The notes under the pieces were generated by a model. That model was given only the letters and a program-made list of their open reading frames with translations. It made no database searches and was not told the origin of the DNA. Source: Nitrospirota bacterium (GTDB lineage: Bacteria; Nitrospirota; JACRHL01). Taken from it: a stretch of 64,000 nucleotides of DNA. Shown in pieces: positions 1 to 10,054 of the stretch; positions within the stretch are counted from its first letter, which is position 1, and every line of letters starts with the position of its first letter. The stretch is taken from assembly GCA_029858285.1 (NCBI GenBank), contig JAOUFN010000002.1, positions 77,896-141,895 of the forward strand, read 5' to 3'. A program made the translations under genes and the position numbers.

Positions 1-663
1 AAACACCGTGTTCACCCGCGCCCGGCCCACCGTCTCCTCCACCGCCTCCTGGCCGATCACCCCCCCGGCTCCTGCGTAAGCGGCGGCTTTGTCCAGCTCC
101 CCGGCCAGGGTGGCCAGATCGGTACCGCAGTACGCAGCCAGGAACTGCGCCGCGCGCGGCTCCAGTTTGTAGCCGCTGCGCCGCGCACGCTGCCCAAGCC
201 ACGCCACCACGTCGCGCTCGTAGAGCGGATTGCAGGCCACCGCGTGCCCCACCTTGCGCACCGCGTTGAACGGTGAACGGCGCAGGTCGGGTTTTTCCCC
301 CTCCAGCAACAGACAGGTGGTGGGGGTCGGATCGGCCACCGCCTCGACCAGCACCGCCAGGTCGTCGGCCCCGAAACGCTCCACGCCGCGCACCACCACC
401 AGCCGCCGCTCGGCCATCACCGGCAGGGTGCGGGTAGCGGCCACCACGTCGGCGGCGGCGCAGCGCCCGGCGTCAAAGCGATCCTGATTGAAGTCCGCCA
501 GCGCCGGATCCAGCGCCGCAGCGCAGATGGCCGCCACCGCCTCGGCCCGCAGCAGACTTTCCTCGCCGTAAACCAGGTAAACCGGGGCCACCGGGGACAG
601 GGGCACGTCCGGCCCAACGCCACCAGCGCCCCGTCCCGTACTGCGTCCCGCGTTGTAACTCAT
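1..663 (-). CDS. holA: DNA polymerase III delta subunit (HolA), N-terminal ~220 aa; C-terminus beyond window start
   Basis: Minus-strand reading frame open to nt 1. The ATG at 663 overlaps the lptE stop (ATGA). The translation contains PVYLVYGEESLL and downstream blocks that align with the E. coli HolA N-terminus. The leuS-lptE-holA order is conserved. Not in the ORF track because it is truncated by the window edge. Confidence 0.65.
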   Translation of the reverse strand, partial: MSYNAGRSTGRGAGGVGPDVPLSPVAPVYLVYGEESLLRAEAVAAICAAALDPALADFNQDRFDAGRCAAADVVAATRTLPVMAERRLVVVRGVERFGADDLAVLVEAVADPTPTTCLLLEGEKPDLRRSPFNAVRKVGHAVACNPLYERDVVAWLGQRARRSGYKLEPRAAQFLAAYCGTDLATLAGELDKAAAYAGAGGVIGQEAVEETVGRARVNTVF

Positions 664-1277
664 GGCCTGCCCCCTTCCCCGACTGTCTCGCCAACTGTCT
701 CGCCGACTGTCTCACTGCCCGGCGTTGCCCCAAGCGCCCCGGGGCCCGCGGTGTCCGGGGTCTCTGCGGCGTCTCCGGGCAGTTCCAGCAGCAGCGCCTC
801 GGCCAGGTCGAAGGCCGCCTCGGCCACGGCGCGGTCCTTGCGGTCGCGGTTAAGGGTGGCATCACCGGTGACCGGGTATTCCGCCACCCCCACCAGACGG
901 CGGTCGCTCCACAGACGGCCGTTCTCCCCCTGCAAATTCACCAGCACGGTCAGCACCAGGCGCCGCTCGCGGGCGACACCGGCGGTGTCGTAAGCCAGGA
1001 TGTCGTCACTGAAACCCACAATGCGCCCGCTCAGGATGGGGGGGCCGTCCGCGACCACCTGCACCCCGGCCACCAGCAGCCGTTCCCGCAACGCGCTGCT
1101 CACCGGACCGGCCAGAAACGGCTCGGCGGTCTGGTTCTGGAACGCCTCCACCGCCAGCGTGACCCCTTCCACCCGGTCCACCTCGCCGCGCACCACATGG
1201 TAGCCGGAACAGGCGGCCAGCAGCACCCCCAGCGACAGGGAGGCCGCAAGCAATGATGGACGCTTACACCACCACAT
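660..1277 (-). CDS. lptE: LPS-assembly lipoprotein LptE
   Basis: Part of ORF 660..1388. The start was moved to the internal Met at 1277, giving a lipoprotein signal (SLLAASLSLGVLLAAC) and only a 14-nt overlap with the leuS stop. Position directly downstream of leuS and the LptE-like sequence support the call. Confidence 0.7.
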   Translation of the reverse strand: MWWCKRPSLLAASLSLGVLLAACSGYHVVRGEVDRVEGVTLAVEAFQNQTAEPFLAGPVSSALRERLLVAGVQVVADGPPILSGRIVGFSDDILAYDTAGVARERRLVLTVLVNLQGENGRLWSDRRLVGVAEYPVTGDATLNRDRKDRAVAEAAFDLAEALLLELPGDAAETPDTAGPGALGATPGSETVGETVGETVGEGGRP

Positions 1278-3822
1278 TGAACAGCTTGCCGGGCACGTGG
1301 ATCTTCTTGCGGATCGGTTTGTCCCCGATGCTGGAAAGCACCACGGCGTTGGACAGGGCTGTCTGCTCCACCGTCTTTTCGTCGGCATCCGCGGGCAGTT
1401 CGATGCGGGCGCGCAGCTTGCCGTTCACCTGCACCACGATGGTGAGGGTGTCCGCCACCAGCCAGCCGGGGTTGGCCACCGGCCACGGCTGGCGGCACGC
1501 CAGCCCGCCGTCGCCGAGCATCTCCCACAACTCCTCGGCGATGTGCGGCGCAAAAGGCGTCAGCAGCAGCACCAGGGTGCGCACCGACTCGTGCAGCACA
1601 GCGCCATCCCCCGCCTTTTCCCCGTCCTGTTCCAGGGCGGCGCGGAATCCGGCGGCGGCGTTGAGCAGTTCCATCTGGGCGGCAATGGCGGTGTTGAACT
1701 GATAGCTGCGCTCGATGTCGTCGGTAACCTTGGCGATGGTGCGGTGGGTGGCGCGGCGCAGGGCGCGGGCGGCCTCCGAAAGGGATTCGGCCTCCGCCGC
1801 GCCGCCCGCCCCGGGCAGCGACTGGGCCAGCGCCCACACCCGCTTGAGGAAACGGTGCGCCCCCTCGACCCCGGCGTCGGACCATTCCAGGTCGCGCTCC
1901 GGCGGCGCCGCAAACAGGATGAACAGCCGCGCCGTGTCGGCGCCGTAGCGCTGCACCAGCGCCTCCGGATCCACCACGTTGCCCTTGCTCTTGGACATCT
2001 TGGCGCCGTCCTTGATCACCATGCCCTGGGTGAGCAGGCGCGCAAACGGCTCGCTGACGCCGGTCAGCCCCAGGTCGCGCAGCAGCTTGGTGAAAAAACG
2101 CGCATACAGCAGGTGCAGGATGGCGTGTTCGATGCCACCGATGTACTGGTCCACCGGCAGCCAGCGGTCCGCCAGCCCCCGGTCGACCATGCAGGTGTCG
2201 GCCAGCGGCGTGCCCTGCAGGGTGTAGCGGGCAAAATACCAGGACGAATCGATGAAGGTGTCCATGGTATCGGTATCGCGCCGCGCCGCGCCGCCGCAGC
2301 GGGGACAGTCGGCCTGAAAAAATTCCGCGCTCTGGGCCAGCCAGGAGCCGGTTTCCGGCAGTTGCACGCCGGTGGGCAACACCACCGGCAGGCTGGCCTG
2401 CGGCACCGGCACGATGCCGCAGGCCGGACAATGAATGACCGGGATCGGCGTGCCCCAGTAACGCTGGCGGCTGATGCCCCAATCGCGCAGGCGGAAATTG
2501 ACGCGGCTGCGCCCCGCGCCCCTGGCCTCCAGACGGTCGGTCACCGCCCGCTTGCCCGCATCGCTCTCCAGGCCGTCGAACTCGTCGCTGTGCACCATGC
2601 GGCCGGGGCCGGTCCAGGCCGCCTCCAGCGTATCGGCGTCCAGCGGTTGCCCCTCGGGCTGGATCACCACGCGGATCGGCAGGCGGTATTTGGTGGCGAA
2701 TTCAAAGTCGCGCTGGTCGTGGGCGGGAACCGCCATCACCGCGCCGGTGCCGTAGGCCATCAGCACGAAGTTGGCGGCATAGACCGGCAATTTGTCGCCC
2801 GTCAGGGGGTGAATCACCCTCCGGCCGGTGTCCATGCCGCGCTTTTCCATGGTTTCCATGGCCGCCTCGTTCACCGCGTGGCGCTTGCACTCGTCCAGGA
2901 ATGCCGCCAGTTGCGGATTGGAAGCCGCCGCCCCCCGCGCCAGGGGATGATCCGGGGCCACCGACAGGAAGGTCACCCCCATCAGGGTGTCGGGGCGCGT
3001 GGTGTAGACGCTGAGGGTTTTGTTCTCTTCCCCGGCGCCCGCGTCCAGCAGGGGAAACTCGATTTCCGCCCCCTCGGAGCGGCCAATCCAGTTGCGCTGC
3101 ATGGCCACCACCCGCTCCGGCCAATCGCCCAGGGTGGACAGGTCGTCCAGCAGCTCCTGGGCGTAATCGGTGATGCGCAGGCACCACTGTTCCAGTTCCC
3201 GCGCCTGCACCGGCGTGTCGCAGCGCCAGCACGCCCCTTCCACCACCTGCTCGTTGGCCAGCACCGTGTGGCACGGCTCACACCAGTTGACCTTGCTGGC
3301 CTTGCGGTAGGCGAGGCCCTTTTCCAGCAGTTGCAGGAACAGCCACTGGTTCCAGCGGTAGTAGCCCGGCTCGCAGGTGGCCACCTCCCGCGACCAGTCG
3401 TAGGAAAGACCCAGACGGCTAAGCTGGGCGCGCATGTCGGCGATGTTGGAACGGGTCCACTGGTCCGGGGGCAGCTTGTGCTTGATGGCGGCGTTTTCGG
3501 CCGGCAGGCCGAAGGCGTCCCACCCCATGGGGTGCAGCACGGCGTGGCCGCGCATGCCTTTGTAGCGGGCGATCACGTCTCCCAATGTGTAGTTGCGCAC
3601 ATGCCCCATGTGGATTTTCCCCGAAGGATAGGGGAACATCTCCAGGCAGTAAAAACGCGGGCGCGGGTCGCCTTCGCTTACGGCGAAGGCCCGCTCGGTC
3701 TCCCAGCGCTGCTGCCAGCGGGACTCGATGGAATGGGGGTCGTATGCGGTCACGGTGGGTGGTCCGGCGGAAGTGGCGAACGGCGGCCGCAGCGCGGCAA
3801 AAACCAGCGCGCAGACTAGCAC
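1264..3822 (-). CDS. leuS: Leucine--tRNA ligase
   Basis: 852-aa ORF with the HMGHVRNY (HIGH) and KMSKSKGN (KMSKS) class-I motifs and overall LeuS collinearity. The true start may be the GTG at 3753 (MTAYDPHSIESRW aligns with E. coli MQEQYRPEEIESK). Confidence 0.96.
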   Translation of the reverse strand: MLVCALVFAALRPPFATSAGPPTVTAYDPHSIESRWQQRWETERAFAVSEGDPRPRFYCLEMFPYPSGKIHMGHVRNYTLGDVIARYKGMRGHAVLHPMGWDAFGLPAENAAIKHKLPPDQWTRSNIADMRAQLSRLGLSYDWSREVATCEPGYYRWNQWLFLQLLEKGLAYRKASKVNWCEPCHTVLANEQVVEGACWRCDTPVQARELEQWCLRITDYAQELLDDLSTLGDWPERVVAMQRNWIGRSEGAEIEFPLLDAGAGEENKTLSVYTTRPDTLMGVTFLSVAPDHPLARGAAASNPQLAAFLDECKRHAVNEAAMETMEKRGMDTGRRVIHPLTGDKLPVYAANFVLMAYGTGAVMAVPAHDQRDFEFATKYRLPIRVVIQPEGQPLDADTLEAAWTGPGRMVHSDEFDGLESDAGKRAVTDRLEARGAGRSRVNFRLRDWGISRQRYWGTPIPVIHCPACGIVPVPQASLPVVLPTGVQLPETGSWLAQSAEFFQADCPRCGGAARRDTDTMDTFIDSSWYFARYTLQGTPLADTCMVDRGLADRWLPVDQYIGGIEHAILHLLYARFFTKLLRDLGLTGVSEPFARLLTQGMVIKDGAKMSKSKGNVVDPEALVQRYGADTARLFILFAAPPERDLEWSDAGVEGAHRFLKRVWALAQSLPGAGGAAEAESLSEAARALRRATHRTIAKVTDDIERSYQFNTAIAAQMELLNAAAGFRAALEQDGEKAGDGAVLHESVRTLVLLLTPFAPHIAEELWEMLGDGGLACRQPWPVANPGWLVADTLTIVVQVNGKLRARIELPADADEKTVEQTALSNAVVLSSIGDKPIRKKIHVPGKLFNVVV

Positions 3823-3951
3823 GCGCGGCCCCTGCGTCGCAAGGCGGCGGGCGTTTGCCGGGGCGAACGGCGGAGACGGGCGCGATTGTGATGCCGGGGG
3901 GTTCGTGGTACCCTATGGGGCACTTTTTGCTCCCCGGAACCCCCCTGTCCC

Positions 3952-5499
3952 ATGTCCCACGCCAACCCCCAACTCCCGGTGGTCGCCCTGGTCGGCCGCC
4001 CCAACGTGGGCAAATCCACCCTGTTCAACCGCATCGCCGGACGCCGCGTGGCCATCGTGCTCAACACGCCGGGGGTCACCCGCGACCGCCGCTACCTTGA
4101 GGTGGCCTGGGGCCGCCTGCACTTCCAGATGGTGGACACCGGCGGCGTGGACATGGAAGACACCGACGAACTGGGCATCAAGGTGGGCCAGCAAAGCCTG
4201 CGCACCCTGCGCGAGGCGCAGGTGGTCATCCTGCTCACCGACGCCCGTCAGGGCCTCACCCCGGCGGACCGCGACATGGTGACCCAGGTGCGCCGCGCCG
4301 GCCTGCCGGTGATCCACCTGCTGAACAAGTGCGACACCGAGACGGTGGCCCAGCAGGCGGTGGCCGACTCCCACATGGGTTTCGACCACACCATCCCCCT
4401 CTCCGCCGAACACGGGCGCGGCCTGGACGAGCTTTACGACACCCTCACCGCACTGCTGCCCGAGGCCGTGGAGACCGAGCCGCCCGCAGAAGAGGATGAA
4501 TTCGGCCCCGACGCAGCCGATACGGACGCGGCCGAGGCGGACGAATTTGACGCCGACGCGGACACCGGCGCGGACGACCTGGACGACGGCGACGCCCACG
4601 CCCGACCGGCCATCACCGGTCCGCCCCGGGTGGCGGTGGTGGGGCGCCCCAACGTGGGCAAGTCCACCCTCATCAACCGCCTGCTGGGGGAAGACCGCCT
4701 GGTGGTGAGCGACATCCCCGGCACCACCCGCGACGCCATCGACACCGAACTGACCTGGCAGGGGCGACCCTACCTGTTCATCGACACCGCCGGCATCCGC
4801 CGCCGCGGGCGCATCGAAAAGGGTGTGGAGCGGGCCAGCATCCAGCGCGCCATGGAGGCGCTGGAACACGCCGAGGTCGCGGTGCTGCTGATGGACGCCA
4901 CCGAGGGCGCCACGGTGCAGGATACCCGCATTGCCGGATTGATTCTGGACAGCCGCCGCGCCTGCGTGCTGGGCATCAACAAGTGGGACCTGTGGCGCGA
5001 CAACGAAGAGGCGCGCCGCCGCATCATCGAGGAGCTGGAGCGGCATTTTCCGTTTCTGGCCCACGCCCCCACCGTGTACCTGTCGGGCCAGACCGGGTTT
5101 CACCTCAACCAGTTGTTCGCGGCCATCGACACCTCGGTGGCCTCCTACCGCCGCCGCATCGGCACCGGGGAACTGAACCGCGAGGTGGAGCGCCTGTTCG
5201 CCCGCCGCCAGCCGCCGGTGTTTCGCGGCCGGGCCATCCGTATTTACTACGCCACCCAGATCGGCGCCGCGCCACCCCGTTTTGCCCTGTTCACCAGCAG
5301 CCCGGAGGGCATCACCGAGGCCTACCGCCGTTATCTGGAAAACGGCCTGCGCGAGGCCTTCGGCTTCGCCGGCGTGCCCCTGTCCCTGGCCTTCCGCCAC
5401 CGCAACAAGGAAAAGCGCGCCGGACAGGGCCGCAAAAAGCCCGCCACCGCCGCCAAACGCCCGGCCCGAAAGGACCGGCGCACTTCGAAAAAGAAATAG
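3952..5499 (+). CDS. der: Ribosome-biogenesis GTPase Der (EngA), double GTPase plus KH domain
   Basis: Two P-loops (GRPNVGKSTLFNR and GRPNVGKSTLINR), an acidic insert between the G domains, and a C-terminal KH-like domain with a basic tail. Confidence 0.94.
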   Translation: MSHANPQLPVVALVGRPNVGKSTLFNRIAGRRVAIVLNTPGVTRDRRYLEVAWGRLHFQMVDTGGVDMEDTDELGIKVGQQSLRTLREAQVVILLTDARQGLTPADRDMVTQVRRAGLPVIHLLNKCDTETVAQQAVADSHMGFDHTIPLSAEHGRGLDELYDTLTALLPEAVETEPPAEEDEFGPDAADTDAAEADEFDADADTGADDLDDGDAHARPAITGPPRVAVVGRPNVGKSTLINRLLGEDRLVVSDIPGTTRDAIDTELTWQGRPYLFIDTAGIRRRGRIEKGVERASIQRAMEALEHAEVAVLLMDATEGATVQDTRIAGLILDSRRACVLGINKWDLWRDNEEARRRIIEELERHFPFLAHAPTVYLSGQTGFHLNQLFAAIDTSVASYRRRIGTGELNREVERLFARRQPPVFRGRAIRIYYATQIGAAPPRFALFTSSPEGITEAYRRYLENGLREAFGFAGVPLSLAFRHRNKEKRAGQGRKKPATAAKRPARKDRRTSKKK

Positions 5500-5512
5500 T
5501 TTGCGCCGGCCG

Positions 5513-6103
5513 TCAGGAGGCGACGAGCTTGTAAAGGACCTCGGAGCGGGAACTGGCGCCCATCTTGTGCATGATGGTCTTCAGGTGATCCTTGACGGTG
5601 TGCTCCGAGATGAACAGCAGTTCGGCGATCTCCCGGTTGCCCTTGCCGTAATACAGCAGGCGCAGCACGTCCTGTTCCCGGCGCGACACGCCGTAGCGGC
5701 GGCGCAGGTTGTCGAGGTCGATCTCCCGCTCCAGTGCCACGGTTTCGATCAACACCAGCACCAGTATCTGGGCGTCCGCCGCCACCGGGGTCATGAGCTG
5801 GGCACGCAAGCCGTAGTGGGTGCCGTGGTCCTCGTGGATGGCGTAGGCGCAGCCGTGGTCCGCGTCGCCGGTCAGCAGCTGCTGCACGGTCACGCGCAAC
5901 TGGCGAGCCAGGGGGCCGTCCCCCGCGCCAGGGACCGAGGCGCCCGCGTCCAGCAGGGCGGCGGCCTCCGGATTCACCACCAGCGGCGCGCAGTGCTGGT
6001 CCAGCACCACCATGCCGGGCTGGCGGCGCTTGCGCAGGATGGCGAGCGGATCGGGGGCGTATTTGGTGTCGGGAGTGACCGGTGTGGAGGCGGGGGTTTT
6101 CAT
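5513..6103 (-). CDS. LuxR/FixJ-family transcriptional regulator (C-terminal HTH)
   Basis: C-terminal REIAELLFISEHTVKDHLKTIMHKMGASSRSEV matches the LuxR-type HTH signature. The start was chosen at the internal ATG at 6103 (MKTPAST...) rather than the extended ORF start at 6412. Confidence 0.65.
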   Translation of the reverse strand: MKTPASTPVTPDTKYAPDPLAILRKRRQPGMVVLDQHCAPLVVNPEAAALLDAGASVPGAGDGPLARQLRVTVQQLLTGDADHGCAYAIHEDHGTHYGLRAQLMTPVAADAQILVLVLIETVALEREIDLDNLRRRYGVSRREQDVLRLLYYGKGNREIAELLFISEHTVKDHLKTIMHKMGASSRSEVLYKLVAS

Positions 6104-6274
6104 CCCCCCTTTTCGCCGGATCCGGGCCCGGACTTGAGCCCCCCCTCGACAAGCGCGCCGCTTCGCGGCACCATGACCGCTTTCCCGGAGCGTGTCCGGG
6201 CCGGGGGCGTTTAACGGCCCCGGCGACGGTGCTCCGGCCAGTCCAACCCACCCCATCCGGATCAGATTTTCACC

Positions 6275-6748
6275 ATGCTCGATACCATTCAGCGCTATTT
6301 CAACCGCCACATGCGCCCCGCCCCGGACGGCATCACCAGCCGACCGGCGGACGCCCACGCCCTGCGCGTGGCCACCGCCGCCCTGCTGGTGGAGGTCACC
6401 CGCGCCGACCACACCGTCACCGACGTGGAACGCGCCGCACTACGCCGCATTCTGGGAGACAAGTTCGAACTCACCGGGGCGGAGGTGGACGACCTGATCG
6501 GCATGGCCGAGGCGGAAGCCACCGAGGCCACCTCGCTGTTTCAGTTCACCCACCTGATCGACAAGGAGTTCACCCACGCCCAGAAGGCGCGGGTGGTGGA
6601 GTTGCTGTGGCAGGTGGCGTTCGCCGACGGCCATCTGGAAGCCCACGAAGAAGCCGTGGTACGCAAGGTGGCGGACCTGATCCACGTGCCCCATCGCACG
6701 TTCATCGAGGCCAAATTGAAGGTGAAGGCGGAACTACCCGTGGACTAG
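6275..6748 (+). CDS. TerB-family (tellurite-resistance TerB / DjlA N-terminal-like) protein
   Basis: 157-aa acidic helical protein. The HTVTDVERAALRRIL...GAEVDDLIG...FADGHLEAHEEAVVRKVADLI pattern is typical of the TerB domain. Confidence 0.55.
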   Translation: MLDTIQRYFNRHMRPAPDGITSRPADAHALRVATAALLVEVTRADHTVTDVERAALRRILGDKFELTGAEVDDLIGMAEAEATEATSLFQFTHLIDKEFTHAQKARVVELLWQVAFADGHLEAHEEAVVRKVADLIHVPHRTFIEAKLKVKAELPVD

Positions 6749-7015
6749 CCCGGATTTCTGGCCGGATTTCTGACCAAATTTCCGGCTGAAAAATACGCGC
6801 AACGCCCGCCACCATCGGCGGTGGGGGCTAGTCCAGGGATTTGAGCGCGATGTCTTCCATGGAGTTCGCCATGTGCAGCCAGGGTGGCGGCGCCACCGAC
6901 ACCGCCGTGAGCATCAGCATGGTGACCATCAGCGCCAGCAGGAACGCCGTCGCGTTGACAGCATTGCGGTACGGATAGGCGGAGCTGCTGCGCTGGCTTC
7001 CCACGGGGTATGCCG

Positions 7016-7153
7016 CCTTATCCGGCGAATGCCGTGGCGTAGAAATCGGCGGCCACCATCCACACCATGGTGAGGGCGGTGAACACAAAGATCAGGCGGG
7101 CCTTGGCCAGCAGGTCCAGGGTGTAGCGGGCGGCAGTGACGGAAAGGGCGCGC
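7016..7153 (-). CDS. Small hydrophobic ORF (45 aa); possibly the 5' part of a frameshifted small membrane protein that continues in ORF 6828..7088
   Basis: MRALSVTAARYTLDLLAKARLIFVFTALTMVWMVAADFYATAFAG followed by TAA. The adjacent ORF 6828..7088, in another frame, ends in the hydrophobic AFLLALMVTMLMLTAVSVAPPPW. Below the ORF-track size cutoff. Confidence 0.2.
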
Positions 7154-7522
7154 ATGGGGGGCAAACTCCTTGGGCGTCAGACACGGGTGATCTCCCCGGC
7201 AGGTCGGCCGTCTCGCGCAGAGACCCGAACCTTTGCGCCCCACCCTCGCGGATGGTTTGCCCCAAAACGGGTGAGTCGACGTTTCAACACACTCAAACCC
7301 ACTATGTCAGCAAGGGGTGTGCCACCCGAACATAATTGATTTTCGCCTTTAAATTACAATCAGTTGTGTGATTAATAAAAAACCATCCCGGCACCCCATG
7401 ATGGAAAACGGGCAGCGACTGGGTAATTATTTTCCGTTTGTCACCCCCGCTCGCCCCACCCGTTCGCCCGACATCCGGCCCGACATCCAGCTCCCTTCCG
7501 GAAAAAGCGCTAGAATGGCGGT

Positions 7523-10021
7523 ATGGACTCCGTCAGCGCCCCCACTGCCACGCGCCGCGTGGAGATGCCCGTTACCGGCATGAGTTGCGCCGCCTGCGCC
7601 GCCCGCATCGAAAAGGTGCTGGGGCGGCGCGAGGGGGTGGTCAGCGCCCAGGTGAATTTTGGCACCACCAGCGCCATCGTGGAATACGACCCCGCCCGCC
7701 TCACCCCCGCCGATCTGGTGGCCACGGTGCAGCAGACCGGCTACGGGGTGGCGGAAGCCGACGCCGACTTTCCCATCGCGGGCATGAGTTGCGCCGCCTG
7801 CGCGGCGCGCATCGAAAAGGTGCTGGGACGGGTGGACGGCGTGCTGGAAGCCCAGGTGAACTTCGGGTCCGGCAGCGCCCATGTGCGGCACCTGCCGGGG
7901 GTGGGCATGGCCGACCTGCGCGCCGCAGTGGCCCGCGCCGGGTACACCGTGCCCGAGGAGCGGGACCCGCTGGCCGCCCCGGACGCCCCGGATCCGGCAG
8001 AGCGGGAGGCCGCCCGCGAGCGCCAGGCTCTCACCCGCAGGCTGCTGATTTCGTCCTTGTTGACCCTGCCCCTGCTGGTGCTGGGCATGCCCGGCCTGTT
8101 TCCGTTTGCGGCGCACGTTCCCGGCCACCTGCTGCTGATGCTGGTGCTGGCGACGCCGGTGCAGTTCTGGGCCGGCTGGCCGTTCCTGCGCGGGGCGTGG
8201 GCGGCAGCGCGCCACGGCGCCAGTGACATGAACACCCTGGTGGCCATCGGCACCGGCGCGGCCTATCTTTACTCCGCCGTGGCGGTGCTGTTCCCCTCCC
8301 TGCTGGAAGGCGCCCGCGGCGGGGCGGAGGGGCATGTTTATTTTGAAACCGCCGCCGTCATCATCACCCTGATCCTGCTCGGCCGCACCCTGGAAGCCCG
8401 CGCCAAAGGCCACACCTCCGACGCCATTCGCCGCCTGATGGGGCTGGCGCCCCGCACCGCCCGCGTCATCCGGGGTGGTACCGAGCAGGAAATTCCCCTC
8501 GACCAGGTGCTCACCGGCGACGTGGTGGCGGTGCGGCCGGGGCAAAAGATTCCGGTGGACGGCACCGTCGCCGAAGGCCACTCCACGGTGGACGAGAGCA
8601 TGCTCACCGGCGAGCCGATCCCGGTAGAAAAACTCCCCGGCGCGGCGGTCATCGGCGGCACCCTCAACAAAACCGGGGCGTTTCGCTTTACCGCCACCCG
8701 CGTGGGGCGCGACACCGCCCTGGCCCACATCATCGAGATGGTGCGCCGGGCGCAGGGCTCCAAGGCCCCCATTCAGCGCCTGGCGGACAAGGTGGCGGGC
8801 ATTTTCGTGCCGGTGGTGCTGGGCATCGCCGCCGCCGCCTTTCTGATCTGGTATCTGGTCGGCCCCGAGCCGCGTTTCGTCAACGCCATGATGGTGTGCG
8901 TGACGGTGCTGATCATCGCCTGCCCCTGCTCCCTGGGGCTGGCCACCCCCACCGCCATCATGGTGGGCACCGGCCGGGGCGCCGAATTCGGCGTGCTGAT
9001 CAAGGGCGGCGAGAGCCTGGAGCACGCCCACCGCGTGACCACTGTGGTGTTCGACAAGACCGGCACCCTCACCCACGGCCGCCCCGAGGTCACCGACCTG
9101 CATGTGGTGGAGGGCAGCGAGGCGGAATTGCTGGCGCTGGCCGCCGGGGTGGAGCAGGCCTCCGAGCACCCCCTGGCCCAGGCGGTGCTGGCCGCCGCCG
9201 ACGCCCGTGGCGTGACTCCCGCCGAGGTACAGCGCTTCGAGGCGCTGGCCGGACGCGGCGTCAGCGCCAGCGTGAACGGCCACCAAGTGCTGCTCGGCAA
9301 CCCGCGCCTGCTGACGGAACGGCAGATTGCCATCGACCCCGTGGCCGGGCATCTGGAGCGCATCACCGGCGAGGGCAAAACCCCGGTGCTGGTGGTGCGG
9401 GACGGCCGTCTTCTGGGGCTGCTGGCGGTGGCCGACCGGGAAAAACCCGAGGCCGTGGCCGCCATCGCCGCCCTGCACCGCATGGGGCTGGCGGTGGCCA
9501 TGATCAGCGGCGACAACCGCCGCACCGCCGAGGCCGTGGCGGGCCGCCTTGGCATCGACCGGGTGCTGGCCGAGGTGCTGCCCCGGGACAAGGCCAACGA
9601 GGTGCAGCGCCTGCAACAGGCGGGGGAGGTGGTGGCCATGGTGGGCGACGGCATCAACGACGCCCCGGCCCTGGCCCAGGCCGACCTGGGCATTGCCCTG
9701 GGCACCGGCACCGACGTGGCCATGGAGGCCGCCGACATCACCCTGATGCGCGGCAACGTGATGGGCGTGGTCACCGCCATCGAGCTGTCCCGCCGCACCC
9801 TGCGCACCATCCGCCAGAACCTGTTCTGGGCCTTCGGCTACAACACGGCGGGCATCCCCCTGGCGGCGGGCATTTTGTACCCCTTCACCGGCACCCTGCT
9901 GTCGCCCATGATCGCCGCCCTGGCGATGGCGTTCTCGTCCGTTTCGGTGGTCACCAATTCCCTGCGCCTGAAGGGTTTTGTGCCTGCCAGCCAGACACCT
10001 GACACCGCCGATTCACGTTGA
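7523..10021 (+). CDS. copA: Copper-translocating P1B-type ATPase with two N-terminal heavy-metal-associated (HMA) domains
   Basis: Two [18 protein letters not shown] motifs, the CPC transmembrane metal site ([12 protein letters not shown]), DKTGTLT phosphorylation motif, and GDGINDAP hinge. Confidence 0.95.
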   Translation: MDSVSAPTATRRVEMPVTGMSCAACAARIEKVLGRREGVVSAQVNFGTTSAIVEYDPARLTPADLVATVQQTGYGVAEADADFPIAGMSCAACAARIEKVLGRVDGVLEAQVNFGSGSAHVRHLPGVGMADLRAAVARAGYTVPEERDPLAAPDAPDPAEREAARERQALTRRLLISSLLTLPLLVLGMPGLFPFAAHVPGHLLLMLVLATPVQFWAGWPFLRGAWAAARHGASDMNTLVAIGTGAAYLYSAVAVLFPSLLEGARGGAEGHVYFETAAVIITLILLGRTLEARAKGHTSDAIRRLMGLAPRTARVIRGGTEQEIPLDQVLTGDVVAVRPGQKIPVDGTVAEGHSTVDESMLTGEPIPVEKLPGAAVIGGTLNKTGAFRFTATRVGRDTALAHIIEMVRRAQGSKAPIQRLADKVAGIFVPVVLGIAAAAFLIWYLVGPEPRFVNAMMVCVTVLIIACPCSLGLATPTAIMVGTGRGAEFGVLIKGGESLEHAHRVTTVVFDKTGTLTHGRPEVTDLHVVEGSEAELLALAAGVEQASEHPLAQAVLAAADARGVTPAEVQRFEALAGRGVSASVNGHQVLLGNPRLLTERQIAIDPVAGHLERITGEGKTPVLVVRDGRLLGLLAVADREKPEAVAAIAALHRMGLAVAMISGDNRRTAEAVAGRLGIDRVLAEVLPRDKANEVQRLQQAGEVVAMVGDGINDAPALAQADLGIALGTGTDVAMEAADITLMRGNVMGVVTAIELSRRTLRTIRQNLFWAFGYNTAGIPLAAGILYPFTGTLLSPMIAALAMAFSSVSVVTNSLRLKGFVPASQTPDTADSR

Positions 10022-10054
10022 TTTGCCCCCCTCGCGGGCGTACCATCATGGCCT

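Noticed and set aside
1297-3819. 840-aa ORF antisense to leuS; similarly long antisense ORFs at 3913-5400, 7427-9616, 12179-14251, 15273-17198, 36686-37945, 44166-45980, 46516-47796, 47774-49966 and 61138-63618
   Set aside because: These are stop-codon-poor antisense frames, typical of ~68% GC DNA. Their translations are Arg/Gly/Ala/Pro-rich, low-complexity and carry no motifs. Each is fully covered by a well-supported gene on the other strand.
6788-6812. GC hairpin (CCCGCCACC...GGTGGCGGG) between the TerB-like gene and the small minus-strand ORFs as a bidirectional terminator
   Set aside because: The stem is good, but there is no T-run on the plus side and only a distant one on the minus side. 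Too weak to call.
7490-7522. CueR/MerR-type operator in front of copA
   Set aside because: CCTTCCGGAAAAAG contains only one CCTTCC half-site. The TTCCGGAA palindrome is too short, and it lacks the 19-20 bp -35/-10 spacing characteristic of MerR-family promoters.
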